DNA of 64,000 nucleotides. It comes from Octopus vulgaris (taxonomy: Eukaryota). The stretch lies in assembly GCA_951406725.2 (NCBI GenBank), contig OX597832.1:41106001-41170000 (forward strand). Reading direction: 5' to 3'. Positions 24,387 through 37,469 of the stretch are shown here, piece after piece (positions within the stretch are counted from its first letter, which is position 1; each line of letters begins with the position of its first letter). The notes below the pieces were generated by a model. The model had not been told where the DNA came from. It saw nothing but the letters and a program-made list of their open reading frames with translations, and made no database searches. A program made the translations under genes and the position numbers.

Positions 24387-25028
24387 CATTATGTACATTA
24401 TATATGTATGTATGCATGTGTGTAACACGATGATAGTTTTTCAATTCATTAATTATATACTTTGATCTTAACTAAAACGCAAGTGGCCTTTGCACTGAGA
24501 AGAATGTGTAGTTTTAAATTGTTATTGTTAACAATTCAAAACTATGCAATACAAGTTTCCATAAGAGTGAAATTCCAGGCCATATCCTAAGATTGATGGT
24601 TGTACTTTACAATTTCCATAAGTGCAAAATTCAGTAACCTGGGGTCAACTGGTACTTATTTTACCAATTCCGAAAGGATGAAAGGCCAAGTCAACCTTGT
24701 GGAATTTGAACTCAGAATGTTAAGATGGATGAAATACCATGAGGCATTTTGTCCAGCATCCTAACGATTCTGCCAGCTCACCACCTTTTCCATTAATCAG
24801 AAGAATAATTATTCTAGTACTGGCACAAAGCCAGCAATTTTAAGAGGAAGGAGCTGGGTTAATTAGACTAACTTCTATACTTAACAGGTACTTTATTTTA
24901 TTGACCCTGAAAGGATGAATGGCAAAGTTGACTTTGGCAGGAATTGAGCTCAGAATGTAAAGAGCCAGAAGAAATGATGCTGAGCATTTAGTCCAATACA
25001 CTAACAACTTGGCCAGCTCATTGCCTTT

Positions 25029-25420
25029 CATCATCATCATCATCATCATCATCGTTTAGCGTCCGCTTTCCATGCTAGCATGGGTTGGACGGTTCAACTG
25101 GGGTCTGGGAAGCCAGAAGGCTGCACCAGGCCCAGTCTGATCTGGCAGTCTTTCTATGGCTGGATGCTCTTCCTAACGCCAACCACTCCGTGAGTGTCGT
25201 GAGTGCTTTTTATGTGCCTCCTGCACAGGTGCCAGACAAGGCTAGCAAACGGCCATGATCGGATGGTGCTTTTTATGTGCCACCTGCACAGGGGCCAGAC
25301 GAGGCTGACAACAACCACAATCGGATAGTGCTTTTTACGTGCCACCGGCACGGAGGCCAGTAGGGGCGGCGCTGGCAACAGCCACGTTCAGATGTTTCTT
25401 TTACATGCCACCAGCACAAT
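25029..25420 (-). mobile_element. SINE-like family C
   Basis: (cat)n tail, same body as 5881-6265 and internal tandem units. Confidence 0.8.
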
Positions 25421-26250
25421 TTTTTCAAATATAAGCACTAGGTCTGAAATTTAGTGGGGCAGAAGTTAGTCAATTACATCAATTCTGTTGCTTAAATGAA
25501 AGGATGAAATGTAAAGCCGATCCTGGTGGAATTTTAATTTGGATCATAAAGCTGGAAAAAATGCCACCAAGTATTTTGTCTAATGCTCTAACAATTCTGC
25601 CAGCTTACCATTTTAATGATAATAATGGTTTCTTTGTTATTTATTTATTTATTTCATAGAATATCAACAGTTTCTGCAAACATTTTGAGTGTATCTATAC
25701 AATAAATGGGTTTAGTGGCAAAAACATAATACAAAATAAAATAATATAAAAAGGAAAAGAATAAAATAAAACTAATTAAAAACAGGAAGTAATAAGTTTG
25801 ACCTTCATCCTGTGTGAAATTACTGACATCTGAGTGTGATACATGGTTCTTGTAAGAGACTAATTTGTAGCTTATTTATTTGTTTATTTGGTTATTTATT
25901 TTATTATTAATTTGTGATAAACGAGTTGTCAGTATTTTGTATATTAAGTCTAGTTGATCACCACACCTGTCTACCAGGTTTAGACTGCCCAAACAATCAG
26001 TTATTATTGCTACAGCAAGCTGAACCTACTGAACCTCCAATAATAAAGCCCATCAAGAAATAATAGCTAAATTCTTTTTGAATCACACCCACCTGCCTTG
26101 AAAAAAAGGAAGGACACTGATAATATACGTAAGCAAGTCAGACAAAATACTTCCTGTCATTTTTCTGACTATTTAAGCAATGCTCTGAGTTCAAATTCTG
26201 TTGAGGTCAACTTTGCCTCTCATCCTTTTGGGATCGATAAAATAAGTACC

Positions 26251-26484
26251 TATTTCTTTACTACCCACAAAGGGCTAAACACAGAGAGGACAAACGAGGA
26301 CAGACAAACGGATTAAGTCGATTATATCGACCCCAGTGCGTAACTGGTACTTATTTAATCGACCCCGAAAGGATGAAAGGCAAAGTCGACCTCGGCGGAA
26401 TTTGAACTCAGAACATAGCGGCAGATGAAATACCGTTTTAATCATTTCGTCCGGTGTGCTAACGTTTCTACCAGCTTGCCGCCT
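26251..26484 (-). mobile_element. SINE family B nested antisense in an older family B-related copy
   Basis: Full copy flanked by gtacc. The host SINE runs from about 26183 to 26550 on the plus strand. Confidence 0.85.
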
Positions 26485-26767
26485 GTACCAGCTGAGCACT
26501 GAAGGTGATGTGATCGGGTAGAACCCCTCCCACCAAATTTCAGGCCTTGTTACTATACTAGAAAGGATTATGTATATGATTCATGCTTATAATTCATAGA
26601 ATATATCATTCGACCCTGAGCTCACAATCTCATTTTGCAAGCACAAGGTTTCAGATTCAGTTCCACTGCATGGCACTTCAAGTATGTATCTTCTGCTAAA
26701 GCTCCTGGCCAATCCAGTGCCTTATGAATTAATTTGGTAGATGGAAACTGTGAGGAAACTTGTCATA

Positions 26768-27165
26768 TTCTTTTATTTGTTTCAGTCATTTGACTGAGGC
26801 CATGCTGGAGCACCACATTGAAGGATTTTAGTCATGTAAATTGACCCCAGGACATATTTTTTAAGACTGGTACTTATGCTATTGGTCTCTTTTGCTGAAC
26901 CACTAAGTTATGGGCACGTAAACACACAAACACCAGTTGTCAAGCAGTAATCGAGGGAACGAATACAGACACACACACACACACATAAATATATACATAT
27001 AAACAACGGGATTCTTTCAATATCCATCTACTGAATCCACTCACTACGCTTTGGTAGGCCCAAGGATATAGTAGCAGACACTTATTCAAGGAGTCATACA
27101 GTGGGACTGAACCTAGAACCATGTGGTTGGAAAGCAAGTTTCTTACCACACAGCTATGCCTGAAC
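26768..27165 (-). mobile_element. Diverged SINE family A
   Basis: Full-length but with many CpG-type transitions. Confidence 0.8.
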
Positions 27166-27534
27166 CTTAAATTTTGCTGATTTTAGAGGCATACTTACAA
27201 ACTAGTAATTTCAGGGTCTAAAATTATTTTATTTTTATTTTACTCAACAAGATCCCTGATAATCTTTTTAATATTTCAGCTGTTACTAATAAAGTACGTT
27301 TTTTTTTTTCCCCCAATTTTTTTTCTAATGGCATTCTGATTTAATGAATCATCTCTCTAAACCAGGAAACGCTAACTTCCTTTTGTAATGGGTCATAAAC
27401 CTCCATGTAATTTCCATCATATCTTACACATAAATACATCAGCCATGTATATACTTTTATTTCTATCACTAGTTGTGCTTATGTAAGCAAAAATTAAACA
27501 AGTTCAGAAGCAAAGAAGCGGCTGTGTGATTATA

Positions 27535-27921
27535 GGCGCAGGAGTGGCTGTGGTAAGGAGCTTACTTTCCAACCACATGGTTCCTGGTTCAGTCCCACTG
27601 TGGGGCAAGTGTCTTCTACTATAGCTTCGGGCAGACCACAAAGCCTCGTGAGTGAACTTGGTAGATGGAAACTGAAAGAAGCCTGTCATATATATATGTA
27701 TATATACCTATGTGTGTCTGTGTTTGTCCCCCTTCCATCACCACTTGACAACTGGCATTGGTGTGTTTATATCCCTATAACTTAGCGGTTCAGCAAAAGA
27801 GACCGATAGAATAAGTACCAGGCTTAAAAAGACATAAGTACTGGGGTCGATTCATTTGACTAAAAAATTCAAGGTGATGCCCCAGCATGGCCGCAGTCTA
27901 ATGACTGAAACAGATAAAAGA
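27535..27921 (+). mobile_element. SINE family A
   Basis: ggcgcaggagtggctgtgg head through gaaacagataaaaga tail. Confidence 0.85.
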
Positions 27922-28075
27922 TTATTGAACTTTATGTTGGTCTCAGTTGAACATATTTAAAAGTGTAAAAATGATAAATTAAAAAAGAAAAACATAAAAA
28001 ACAGTATTGAAGTGGAAATGAAATAAAATACAGGTGCAATACGTACAAACTATTTATTAAAAATATGAGCAATAA

Positions 28076-28300
28076 TCTGTTGTATCTGGGGAGAGTCATT
28101 CTCTTTTTGTGTCTTATAATGTAACACATTCACCAGTAAAATTTCCACTTATTTCTTATTTTTATAAGAAATAAGTGGAGATTTTACCAGTGAGTGCGTT
28201 AAATTATAAGACACAAAAAGAAAATGACTCTCCCCAGACACAACAGAATATGCTTCAACACACGAACTCACATAAAGAATCTTGCAAACCAAATCCAAAT
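28076..28300. mobile_element. Foldback element, ~170-bp near-perfect palindrome plus extended right arm
   Basis: tctgttgtatctggggagagtcatt...aatgactctccccagacacaacaga. Confidence 0.8.
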
Positions 28301-29088
28301 TATGAAATATGAGCCATAAATATTTTAGAATATATTGGAACCAATTTATGACATAAGTCAAGGTGTGTCTGTATTTTCAAATTTAATTGAAATGTTTTTT
28401 GAAAGAAATATGGTAACAAAAATGTTAAATGGTACAATCATCATCATCATCATTATCATCATCCACATCATCATTTAATGTCCACTTTGCCATGTTTGCA
28501 TTGGTCAGATGATGTTTATTGGAGGCTGATTTTGTGTAACTGGAAGCCTTCCAGATCTTTTATCTGTTTCAGTCATTAGACTGCGGCCATGCTGGGACAT
28601 CACCTTGAATTTTTTAATCAAATGAATCGACCCCAGCACTTATGTCTTTTTAAGCCTGGTACTTATTCTATCGGTCTCTTTTGCTGAACTGCTAAGTTAT
28701 AGGGATGTAAACACACCAATGGAAACTCCCACCTGTTTCCAAGAAAGGTATTGGAAACGAATAACACTGTCGGTTACGACAGTGACACTCGTTTAAAACT
28801 ATCCCATAACGTCAAGACAAGGAGACACAGATACACTCACACAATTTCAAATGCTTCAGTTAGCATTTATAACATTCCTCTGCCCCAGAAGTGTCTCTTC
28901 TACAATGTAACTGCTCTAGTTTCAAATACATGGCCTCAAGTTAAGTCACTTGTCAAACAAGTACAATAATGAAACGATTCCTCTAATTCATAATTCATAA
29001 AGATTTGAAAACAACAAACATTACATTATTCCACATTCCACTGGGTTTCCTCTAATTTACCTCATAAATTCACAAAAAAAATTCCAAA

Positions 29089-29385
29089 TCATCATCATCG
29101 TTTAACGTCCGTTTTCCATGCAAGTATGGATTGGACGGTTCAACCGGGGTCTGGGAAGCCAGGAGGCTGCACCAGGCTCCAGTCTGATCTGGCAGTGTTT
29201 CTACAGCTGGATACCTTTCCTAACGCCAACCACTCCGTGAGTGTAGTGGGTGCTTTTTACGTGCCACAGGCAAAGGTGCCAGAGGAGGCTGGCAACGGCC
29301 ACGATCAGTTGGTGCTTTTTACGTGCCACCGGCACGAAAGCCAGTCGAGCTGGTGCTGGCATCGACCATGTACGGATGGTGCTAC
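29089..29385 (-). mobile_element. SINE-like family C
   Basis: Same tail and body as 5881-6265, with fewer internal units. Confidence 0.8.
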
Positions 29386-30324
29386 ATTTAAATTCCTTAT
29401 AATACCTTAAACTCCATACATTCTGTTGTGTCTGGGGAGAGTCATTTTCCATACATTCTAATATCCAGGAATGAGGACTCATACCACTGATCCCTTTATA
29501 TTCATTCCACATCACAGCTAGAACTTTAAGCTGCTTCGTACAACTCCGGAGATTAATTTAGGTATCAGTAGTTGGTTTTCAGCACTTGCTACTCTGCCTT
29601 TAGCATTCTTTCTTTTAGAATTATTATACATATCTTAACTATCTACATGCTTTTATATATGTAAATATAATATAATATAATATAAACCATCTACCACCTC
29701 TAGCAACAAAGATTCTTTTCTCTGTTAACCTTGTTATTATTTCACTGCATGTCTTTTGTGTCCATTGCTTGCATTAGATATACTATACAAAATTTCTATA
29801 TACATCTTTTCTACTTAAGAAAAAGGATTATTCACCCAAAAGAACTCTCTGTTTCCCTGCTTAATAAACTTTAGTCTTTGCTAAGTTAACTTTAAGGCCC
29901 TTTGAATCCAGGTTTTGGTTCCATGTCTGGAATTTCTATTCTAATTCTAGTATAGATTCAGCTATAAGAACAAAAGTTCCCACAGGCAGCTGGTTTTAAA
30001 CTCCTCTGTTATGGCCTGGAGGACTATGACGAGTGAGTAGGAGGGAACTTTGAATCAAGCTCTGGTGAACTACCTGCATACTAAATTCATTGCTGCATTC
30101 ATTGCTAACTCTCACTTTACTGACAGTAGATGACTTGAATGGCTCTCACAGCCATTCATCTACCCCTAGCTTCCACAGTGACCACCAGATCAGTTAGTGA
30201 GGGATCCTGTCAAATGTTTTCTCCAGGTTGATGAATGCCAAGTACAACAGTTTACTTATTGTCAAATACTTCTTCAGTTATAATCAATCTTAGAGCGAGT
30301 TATAAACAGTAGCTGCAACACATC

Positions 30325-30547
30325 GTGAAGTATATTTGCCACTTAAATGTGGCTAACCCCTAAGGGTGGATGCTACTGTAGTTTGTAGCCCCAGGAGGAC
30401 GGGAAGGATGGCTTCCCTTTGCAAATACTGATAGGGCACAGAAAGTGTGTCTATAGCCAGCTGGAGGAGGTGTCCTCCTGGGGCTACAAACTACAGTAGC
30501 ATCCACCCTTAGGGGTTAGCCATATTTAAATGGCAAATATACGTCAC
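30325..30547. mobile_element. Hairpin MITE-like element, 76-bp inverted arms
   Basis: 30325-30400 is the reverse complement of 30472-30547 with few mismatches. Confidence 0.8.
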
Positions 30548-30949
30548 TTTTTCAGTTGCTTTACTATAAAGAGAGCATTAGTACTGTTTCCCCCTTGCAC
30601 AAAAAACTAAGCAGCATCTCACCTGCACTGACTCTCATCCTAATTAGTTGGAATATAACTCTAAATGAATCTATCATGACCTAATCCAGCAATTTGATAT
30701 CTCCATAATTACTTTTATACAAGCCATGTCTTTTACCCTTGCAACAGTTCACTATAATGCTGCTACACTAGTCATTGGGTATGATGCCTTTCTGTACAAC
30801 CCGATTAACTATTTACATGACTAGGCCACATCTCACACATCTGATACTTTAAGCATTGCAATGGTGATTCTCGATGGAACAGGAGCTTTCCCTGTCTTCG
30901 TATCCTTAATTGCTTTATCTGTCATACTGCTGTCAACTAGAATGGCAAG

Positions 30950-31395
30950 GTGAGCTGGCAGAAACGGTAGCATGCCGGGCGAAATGCTTAGCGGTACTTC
31001 GTCTGCCGTTACGTTCTGAGTTCAAATTCCTCCGAGGTCGACTTTGCTTTTCATCCTTTCGGGGGCAATAAATAAAGTACCAGTTACGCACTGGGATTGA
31101 TGTAATCGACTTAATACCTATGTCTGTCCTTGTTTGTCCCCTCTATGTTTAGCCCCTTGTGGGTAATAAAGAAATAAGAAACGTTAGCACGCCGGGCGAA
31201 ATGCTTAGCAGTATTTTGTCTGCCGTTACATTCTGAGTTCAAATTCCGCCGAGGTCGACTTTGCCTTTCATCCTTTCGGGGGTTGAAAAATTAAGTACCA
31301 GTTACGTACTGGGGTTGGTGTAATCGACTTAATCTCTTTGTCTGTCCTTGTTTGTCCCCTCTATGTTTTAGCCCCTTGTGGGCAATAAAGAAATA
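30950..31395 (+). mobile_element. Head-to-tail dimer of SINE family B
   Basis: Two monomers enclosed by one 11-bp TSD, agaatggcaag (30939-30949, 31396-31406). Confidence 0.9.
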
Positions 31396-32533
31396 AGAAT
31401 GGCAAGTCCCTCTGCCAGGTTCACATTAGAAAGACTCTCTCCTCTGCATCCTCCACATTTTGTAAGCCTTTCAAAGTAGCACTTCTGTGCCTCTTTCTTT
31501 TCAGAATCACTGAATGCAAACGTGACATTATCCATCCATACCACACTTCTCACCCACAACGTTTTAATTCTCTTTAATAGTCTTGTGCAATGCAGAACAC
31601 TTCAATGTCTCTGATCCTCACACTCTAAGAACATTGGCAAACCACACACACACACACACACACACACACAAAGATATACTACATATACACACACACAAAC
31701 ACACACGCATACACAGACCTGTATCTATATACAGATAATACACAAATACCCACACAAATATAGAAAGATAGAAACACATGTACACATGAAAACCCAAGAC
31801 ACATCAAAGAGAGAGAGAGAGAGAGATTTATATTCAAATTATATACTGTAAATGCATGTGTGATGTGTGTGTATGTATGTGTGTGTGTGTGTATGTATGT
31901 ATGTATATATGTATCTCTCTCTCTCTCTCCATATATATGTATGTATGTATGCATGTATGTATATATGTATCTCTCTCTCTCTATATATATATATATAATA
32001 CATATATATATATATATATATATGCATGCATGTATGTGTTGTGTGCCTGTCTGTGGGTGGAGCTATAATATTCTTAAGGTCAGGTGTACAAACATGGATA
32101 TGTTGTAACATATTGCCAGCTGTTCCAGTGGTAGTAGTGGTGGTGGTGGTGGTGGTAGTGTTGGTGATGTTGATGGTGGCAGCAGAGGTTAGAGATGCAG
32201 ATGAGGAGAGATGGTGTATAAGAGAGGCTGATAAGAAAGAAGCGATGGTGTTAGAACATGTTATGCTTGTCTTCACACAATATATATATAATGTCTGATA
32301 AAAAAAAGTTGCTCTCTGTATATATACATATATACATCTTTACACACATACACACATATGTGTATGTATATACCTTTATTTTCTACAGATCCCTATAGCT
32401 TACCATGAACCCTAATTGAAGAAGCAGCAGGTACCTACTATACCTGTATATCCCTTCCTCCCTTTCTGTGTGTGTATGTATATATATACATATGCACATG
32501 TATATATATATATATACACTGTATGTACATGTA

Positions 32534-32584
<51 letters not shown>

Positions 32585-32677
32585 TTGCACATCTATCTGT
32601 CTACCTATATATAGATATGTATGTATATATATACACACTCACATGTATGTGTCTGTCTTGACTGTGTTTGACTGTTT

Positions 32678-32726
<49 letters not shown>

Positions 32727-33101
32727 CATTAGCTCCCCCAGTTTCCTCTGGTTTTTTTTCTACCCTTTCCACCCAAGATGTTGGTGGAGACATCAGGTAA
32801 GCCTCTTAGATACCACAACACACACACACACATATAAACATACCAACGTTTTGCACCAACATCACCAATATGGCATCCAGAATGCTGTCAGACATCAGAT
32901 GAGACATAATATAAGTATACCACACACACACACCACCACCACCACCACCATTATTTTAACTACCACCACTAGTAAGTAAAACTAAGTAAACCTTTATCGG
33001 TTTTGTTGATGAATATTCCAGTTGTTCAATTAACCAAGTTCATTGAATGATAGTGTAAAAGCTTGACTCTTCCACAGGATTATATGTAACCTTGGTGTCG
33101 A

Positions 33102-33347
33102 ATGAGAGTGTAACACAGGTAGAATGAGAGTGTAACACAGGTAGAATGAGTGTGTAACACGGGTAGAATGAGTGTAACACAGGTAGAATGAGTGTGTAAC
33201 ACAGGTAGAATGAGTGTAACACAGGTAGAATGAGAGTGTAACACAGGTAGAATGAGTGTAACACAGGTAGAATGAGAGTGTAACACAGGTAGAATGAGTG
33301 TAACACAGGTAGAATGAGTGTAACACTGGTAGAATGAGTGTAACACT
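33102..33347 (+). repeat. 19/21-bp minisatellite, about 12 units
   Basis: Unit gagtgtaacacaggtagaat with 2-bp insertion variants and no unique spacers. Confidence 0.95.
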
Positions 33348-33564
33348 GTATGTAACAAGCCGGCTCTTTCAGTCACAGATACAATCCATCCATCAGGCTC
33401 CCCCAGTTTCCACCTCACAAAGCATGGGTTGATCCAAAGCAATGCATAAAAAAATACATTACCCAAGATGCCTCACAGCAGGATTGAACCCCTCTCAACT
33501 ATGCCCACATCTATCCTATCCCTAGTTAGTCACCAACACATCACCCCAAAACCTCTACCATCTC

Positions 33565-33760
33565 ACCACTTCATCCTTGTTGCCACCATCACCTCACCTC
33601 TACCTCCACCATCACGTCTACCTTCACCATCATCACCACCTTCATCCTTGTTGCCACCATCAGCTCTACCTCCATCATCCCCATCACCATCACCTCTACC
33701 TCCACCATCATCAGCATCACCTCTACCTCCACCATCATCACCACCATCATCAGAAATACC
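33565..33760 (+). repeat. Cryptic (CAC/CAT) low-complexity repeat
   Basis: Recurrent cacctctacctccaccatca units. Confidence 0.8.
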
Positions 33761-34579
33761 CCATCACATGTATCACTATTACCTCCCTCCTCATCCTCTA
33801 TTAACTCTGATGCTACAACAGACAACAGTAAAGACCCCCTAAACACACACACACACACACATATAAATGCATACATACACACTCACACTCAAACATACAT
33901 ATACACACACACATCCATCACCACCATCACCAATGCTTCCTCTGCTTCCACCATCAGCGTCTGCCAAATCCCAACTGTATATACCCATGATGCAATGTTA
34001 AACATCTGGGGAGGCTTAAATCTTTCCATACACACACAACTACACCCCCCCCCATAACAACCAACACCACCACCCCTCTGCTGCCTTCTAAAAAAAAAAC
34101 TCTATTACTGACGATGCTATGTCAAACAATCAGGTAGACCCCACATACGTGCACACATAACTCTACTCCCCACCAGTAACCGGCCCCTTTTCTGCTCCTT
34201 AAAAAACTATATTACCCATGATGGAATGTTAAATTATCAGGTAAGACCTTGAAAAACTCAAACAAATTTTATGAAGGGGTAAGCATCTCTGTCTGGTTAA
34301 GAAGCTTGCTTGGGAACCACGTGGTTTTGAGTTCAGTCTCACTGCGTGGCACCTTGGACATGTATCTTCTAATATAGCTCTGGACCTACCATTGCTTTGT
34401 GAATAAATTTGATTAACAGAAACTCTGAGGAGAGGCCACAGTATGTATGTGTATACATGTGTACACACACACACACAGAGGATATAAAGATTACATACCC
34501 AGTAATTCCTGGAAAAGCAGGGCTTATCCCTTGGCTCCATTCTCATAATTGTTTCACTCATCCAATAACAACAAAACAA

Positions 34580-35343
34580 AGTATGTAGCCCTTAAAACGG
34601 TTTTTGTGCATTTACAGAGAATACCAAACTGTCTTACACAGGATCTTGATTTTAGGAATTCCCAGTAAGTTACAAATACCCAAATTGTTAAGTAAGTTAT
34701 GTAATAACATGAAATTAATTACCCGATAGTAAGAATTCAAATAAAGTAGCCCCAAAAAGGGCTTTAATGCGTTTTCAAAGTATATAGAACTTAGGTGGAA
34801 ATACCAATAAGGTATGTATACTAAAATTGTGAAGCATGTTACATAAAGACAGGCTAATCAGATATGAGATAATAACAATTCAAAGTAAATAACTCTGAAA
34901 AGGGCTTTTGTGTGTTCCCAGAGAATATTACCCTTAGGGGCACTAGTGTTGGCATATTCATGAATAAGTTACTAACTGAAATAAGTAGATCTATTGTTTA
35001 GGAAAATGCTATTTACTTGTTTAAGGGTTGTACTGGACAAATTGTGAAAATAACTCTAACAGTTCAAATACTAAGAAATAAGCATGCTCAATTTGATTTA
35101 TACCAAATAATATAGGAAAATGAGTGGGTTATTTCCCTTGGCTGATAAAATAAAATATATTAGTTATATATAAGGATCCCTTCCAGGGGCTCTATTATCG
35201 ATGTTTTTCAACAATCTGAGTATGCCATGAGGTTTCCAGACATGAGTTCAACTCATGTGTCATGTTTCATCAAAATCGATAAAACGATGTAGGAGGAGTT
35301 AGCTAACAACTCCACAGACAGAATTTGCCTCATATGTAGTAGA
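34580..35343 (-). mobile_element. Possible Helitron-derived element with diverged ~160-bp subrepeats
   Basis: Minus strand starts A|TCTACTACATATGAGGCAAATTCTGTCTGT (Helitron-like 5' end). Recurrent aaaagggcttt.gtg..tt..cagagaata motifs. 3' CTRR end not clearly located. Confidence 0.4.
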
Positions 35344-35730
35344 TGTGGAAGCAGCATGGTCGAATAGTTTAGTAGTTTGCTTCATGATCATGAAGTCCAG
35401 GATCGATTCCATTGCATTGCAATTTGAGCAAATATCTTTTATCACACACTCAGGTTGACCCAACCCTTGTGAATGAAACTAGTAAAATGGAAACTGTGCA
35501 GAAGTCTGTTTCATCTGTAATTCAGAGGTACAGCTTTGCCACACACCATGTCATGTTGATTCTGCCTGTGGGTTATCTTATGTTAATGTAGAATGCTCAG
35601 CAAGTCACACGCTCCTCCATTGAGTAGGTAGTTCAGTTGATCAAATAACTATAACTGAATCATCATTGAACTGATGGAGATCCATTTATTTGAAATATGC
35701 TTGTATGTATGTATACAAATGCCTTATAAT

Positions 35731-36252
35731 ACAGGGTGTCCCAAAAGTCACTGATGGGTTTCAATTTTTAATAACGTCCTTAATTTAACAAATAAATGCA
35801 TGAAATTTTGATACAATATAAAGGACATAATGGAAATTAATATGCACAAGTCAAATTTTGCAACACCACTGCATCACATATGAAAAATGATATCGCTTAA
35901 ATGGCAGCCATTTTCGGCTTCGCATGCCCGTGCTCTTTCCAAAACTTGCACCATAACACCTTCAAGAGTTTCAGACCCTACTTCTCTGATTTCTCTATTG
36001 ATGTTCTCCTTCAGTTGCACCAGGGTCTCCGGTTTGTTGACGTAAATCCCCTCTTTCAGGTATCCCCACAACAAAAAAATCCAGGCCAGTCAAGTCTGGG
36101 GAACGTGAAGGCCGTTCAAAGTAGACCTCACATATGGTTCCAGCAAGATGGGGAAACTGCTCATACTGCAAGAGAAACAATGCAATTGCTATGCCAGTGC
36201 TTTGGAGAGAGAATAATCTTCCGCTACGGCAATGTCAAATGGCCTTCACGTT
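35731..36252 (-). mobile_element. Tc1/mariner transposase relic with one terminus and an internal inversion
   Basis: ta|cagggtgtccc terminus. Minus strand has RSPDLTGLDFF/WGYLKEGIYVNKPETLVQLKENI. Plus strand has WFQQDGETAHTARETM...GNVKWPSR. Confidence 0.85.
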
Positions 36253-37469
36253 TTAGTGTGCACTTTGATTTTATATGTAATGGCAGTTATAGAAAAACAG
36301 CCTAATTAATATAGTTTACTAATTATTAATTGTTATGATATATAATGGAGAAAGTACGAGTGACTGAAGTTCGTATTTAGGTCTGCCTGTTCTAGTACGG
36401 TAGTTGGCTGTCACCGTGTCGATCTGGTACGCTGTGCATTAGAGGTAGGTTTGCGCCAAAAATTAACGAATTTTCAAAGGATGATATCAGACTTCGTTAT
36501 TCCTACTATAAGCTTCACTGACGACAGAGATACGGATTGTTGGACTCTGCTCATGTTTCACGGGTAGCAACTTTAACAAGTAACTCTAGAAAACCTTGCG
36601 TGAAGAAGTTCCTTCATGCCTTCCGATAGCCATTAATTTTTATGTATCTCAGTTCCTCTACGTGTACATGTCTCTAGCACGTCAATGGATGTTTAGTATT
36701 TTGCATTGCAGCACCGTCCCGAAATGTTTTTTTTTTTTTGTTGTTGTACTTCGTCCATTGAATATACTTGGTACACGCATCGGAAAGATCTGAATCTTGC
36801 GAGATTCATTATGATTTTCAAATTGATAATGACAGTATCAGTAGTAGTGGTGGGGATGCTGTAAGTAGTAGTAGTAGTAACTAGGCCAGCCATCTAATCG
36901 TTTTGAGGTCAGATTTCGCTAAAAATAAAGGGAGTTCTCAGAAGAGCAACAGCTGCGGTAGTAGTACTAGTAGTAACTACAACATTGCTACTAAAATAAA
37001 AGAAAAAAAGACACGAACGTCATGACTGGAAGGTTTTGTATCCATAGATCTGATCTCATCAATCAGCCGAGCTGATTGATTAGAAACAAGAGACCTACAC
37101 ACTAGAATCAGTATTCAAAGCTCCCTAGAAACACGCCACTTCGCTGTAAAAGGAAAAGGGCACAACAGATAATATAAAGTTAATATAGTTCATCTATATA
37201 CTGATGAGAAAACGAGAAGGTTTATAGTCAGACTTCTTAGTTCCTGAGTGAGGTAAAATCCTGCATCTGGAAGCTTTCACTAAGTTTTTAAAATACCATA
37301 CTGAACACTTTTAAGCTACAACAATTTAACTTACATAATCTGTGAAATTGTAAAAATAAAGTTCTATATTTAAGTTGTAAAAATCAAGGTTTATTATTTA
37401 AATTGCAAAAATAAAGGTTTGTTATTTTTTCTCAATACGTATTTGACCCAGTAACAGGTTCCCACATAC

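Larger units (their letters stand above)
30040..31630 (-). mobile_element. Decayed RTE-clade LINE reverse-transcriptase region with nested hairpin element and SINE dimer
   Basis: Minus-strand translation near 30160-30280 gives LLYLAFINLEKTFDRIPH*LIWWSLWKLGVDEWL (RT motif DLEKAFD). Near 30870-30910 it gives KTGKAPVPSRITIAMLK. Stops and frameshifts throughout. Confidence 0.75.

Noticed and set aside
33102-33347. CRISPR-like regular repeat
   Set aside because: Units are contiguous with no unique spacers, there are no cas genes, and the context is eukaryotic.
33468-33842. Proline/histidine-rich ORFs
   Set aside because: Cryptic CAC/CAT repeat open in several frames on both strands, with no splice or homology support.
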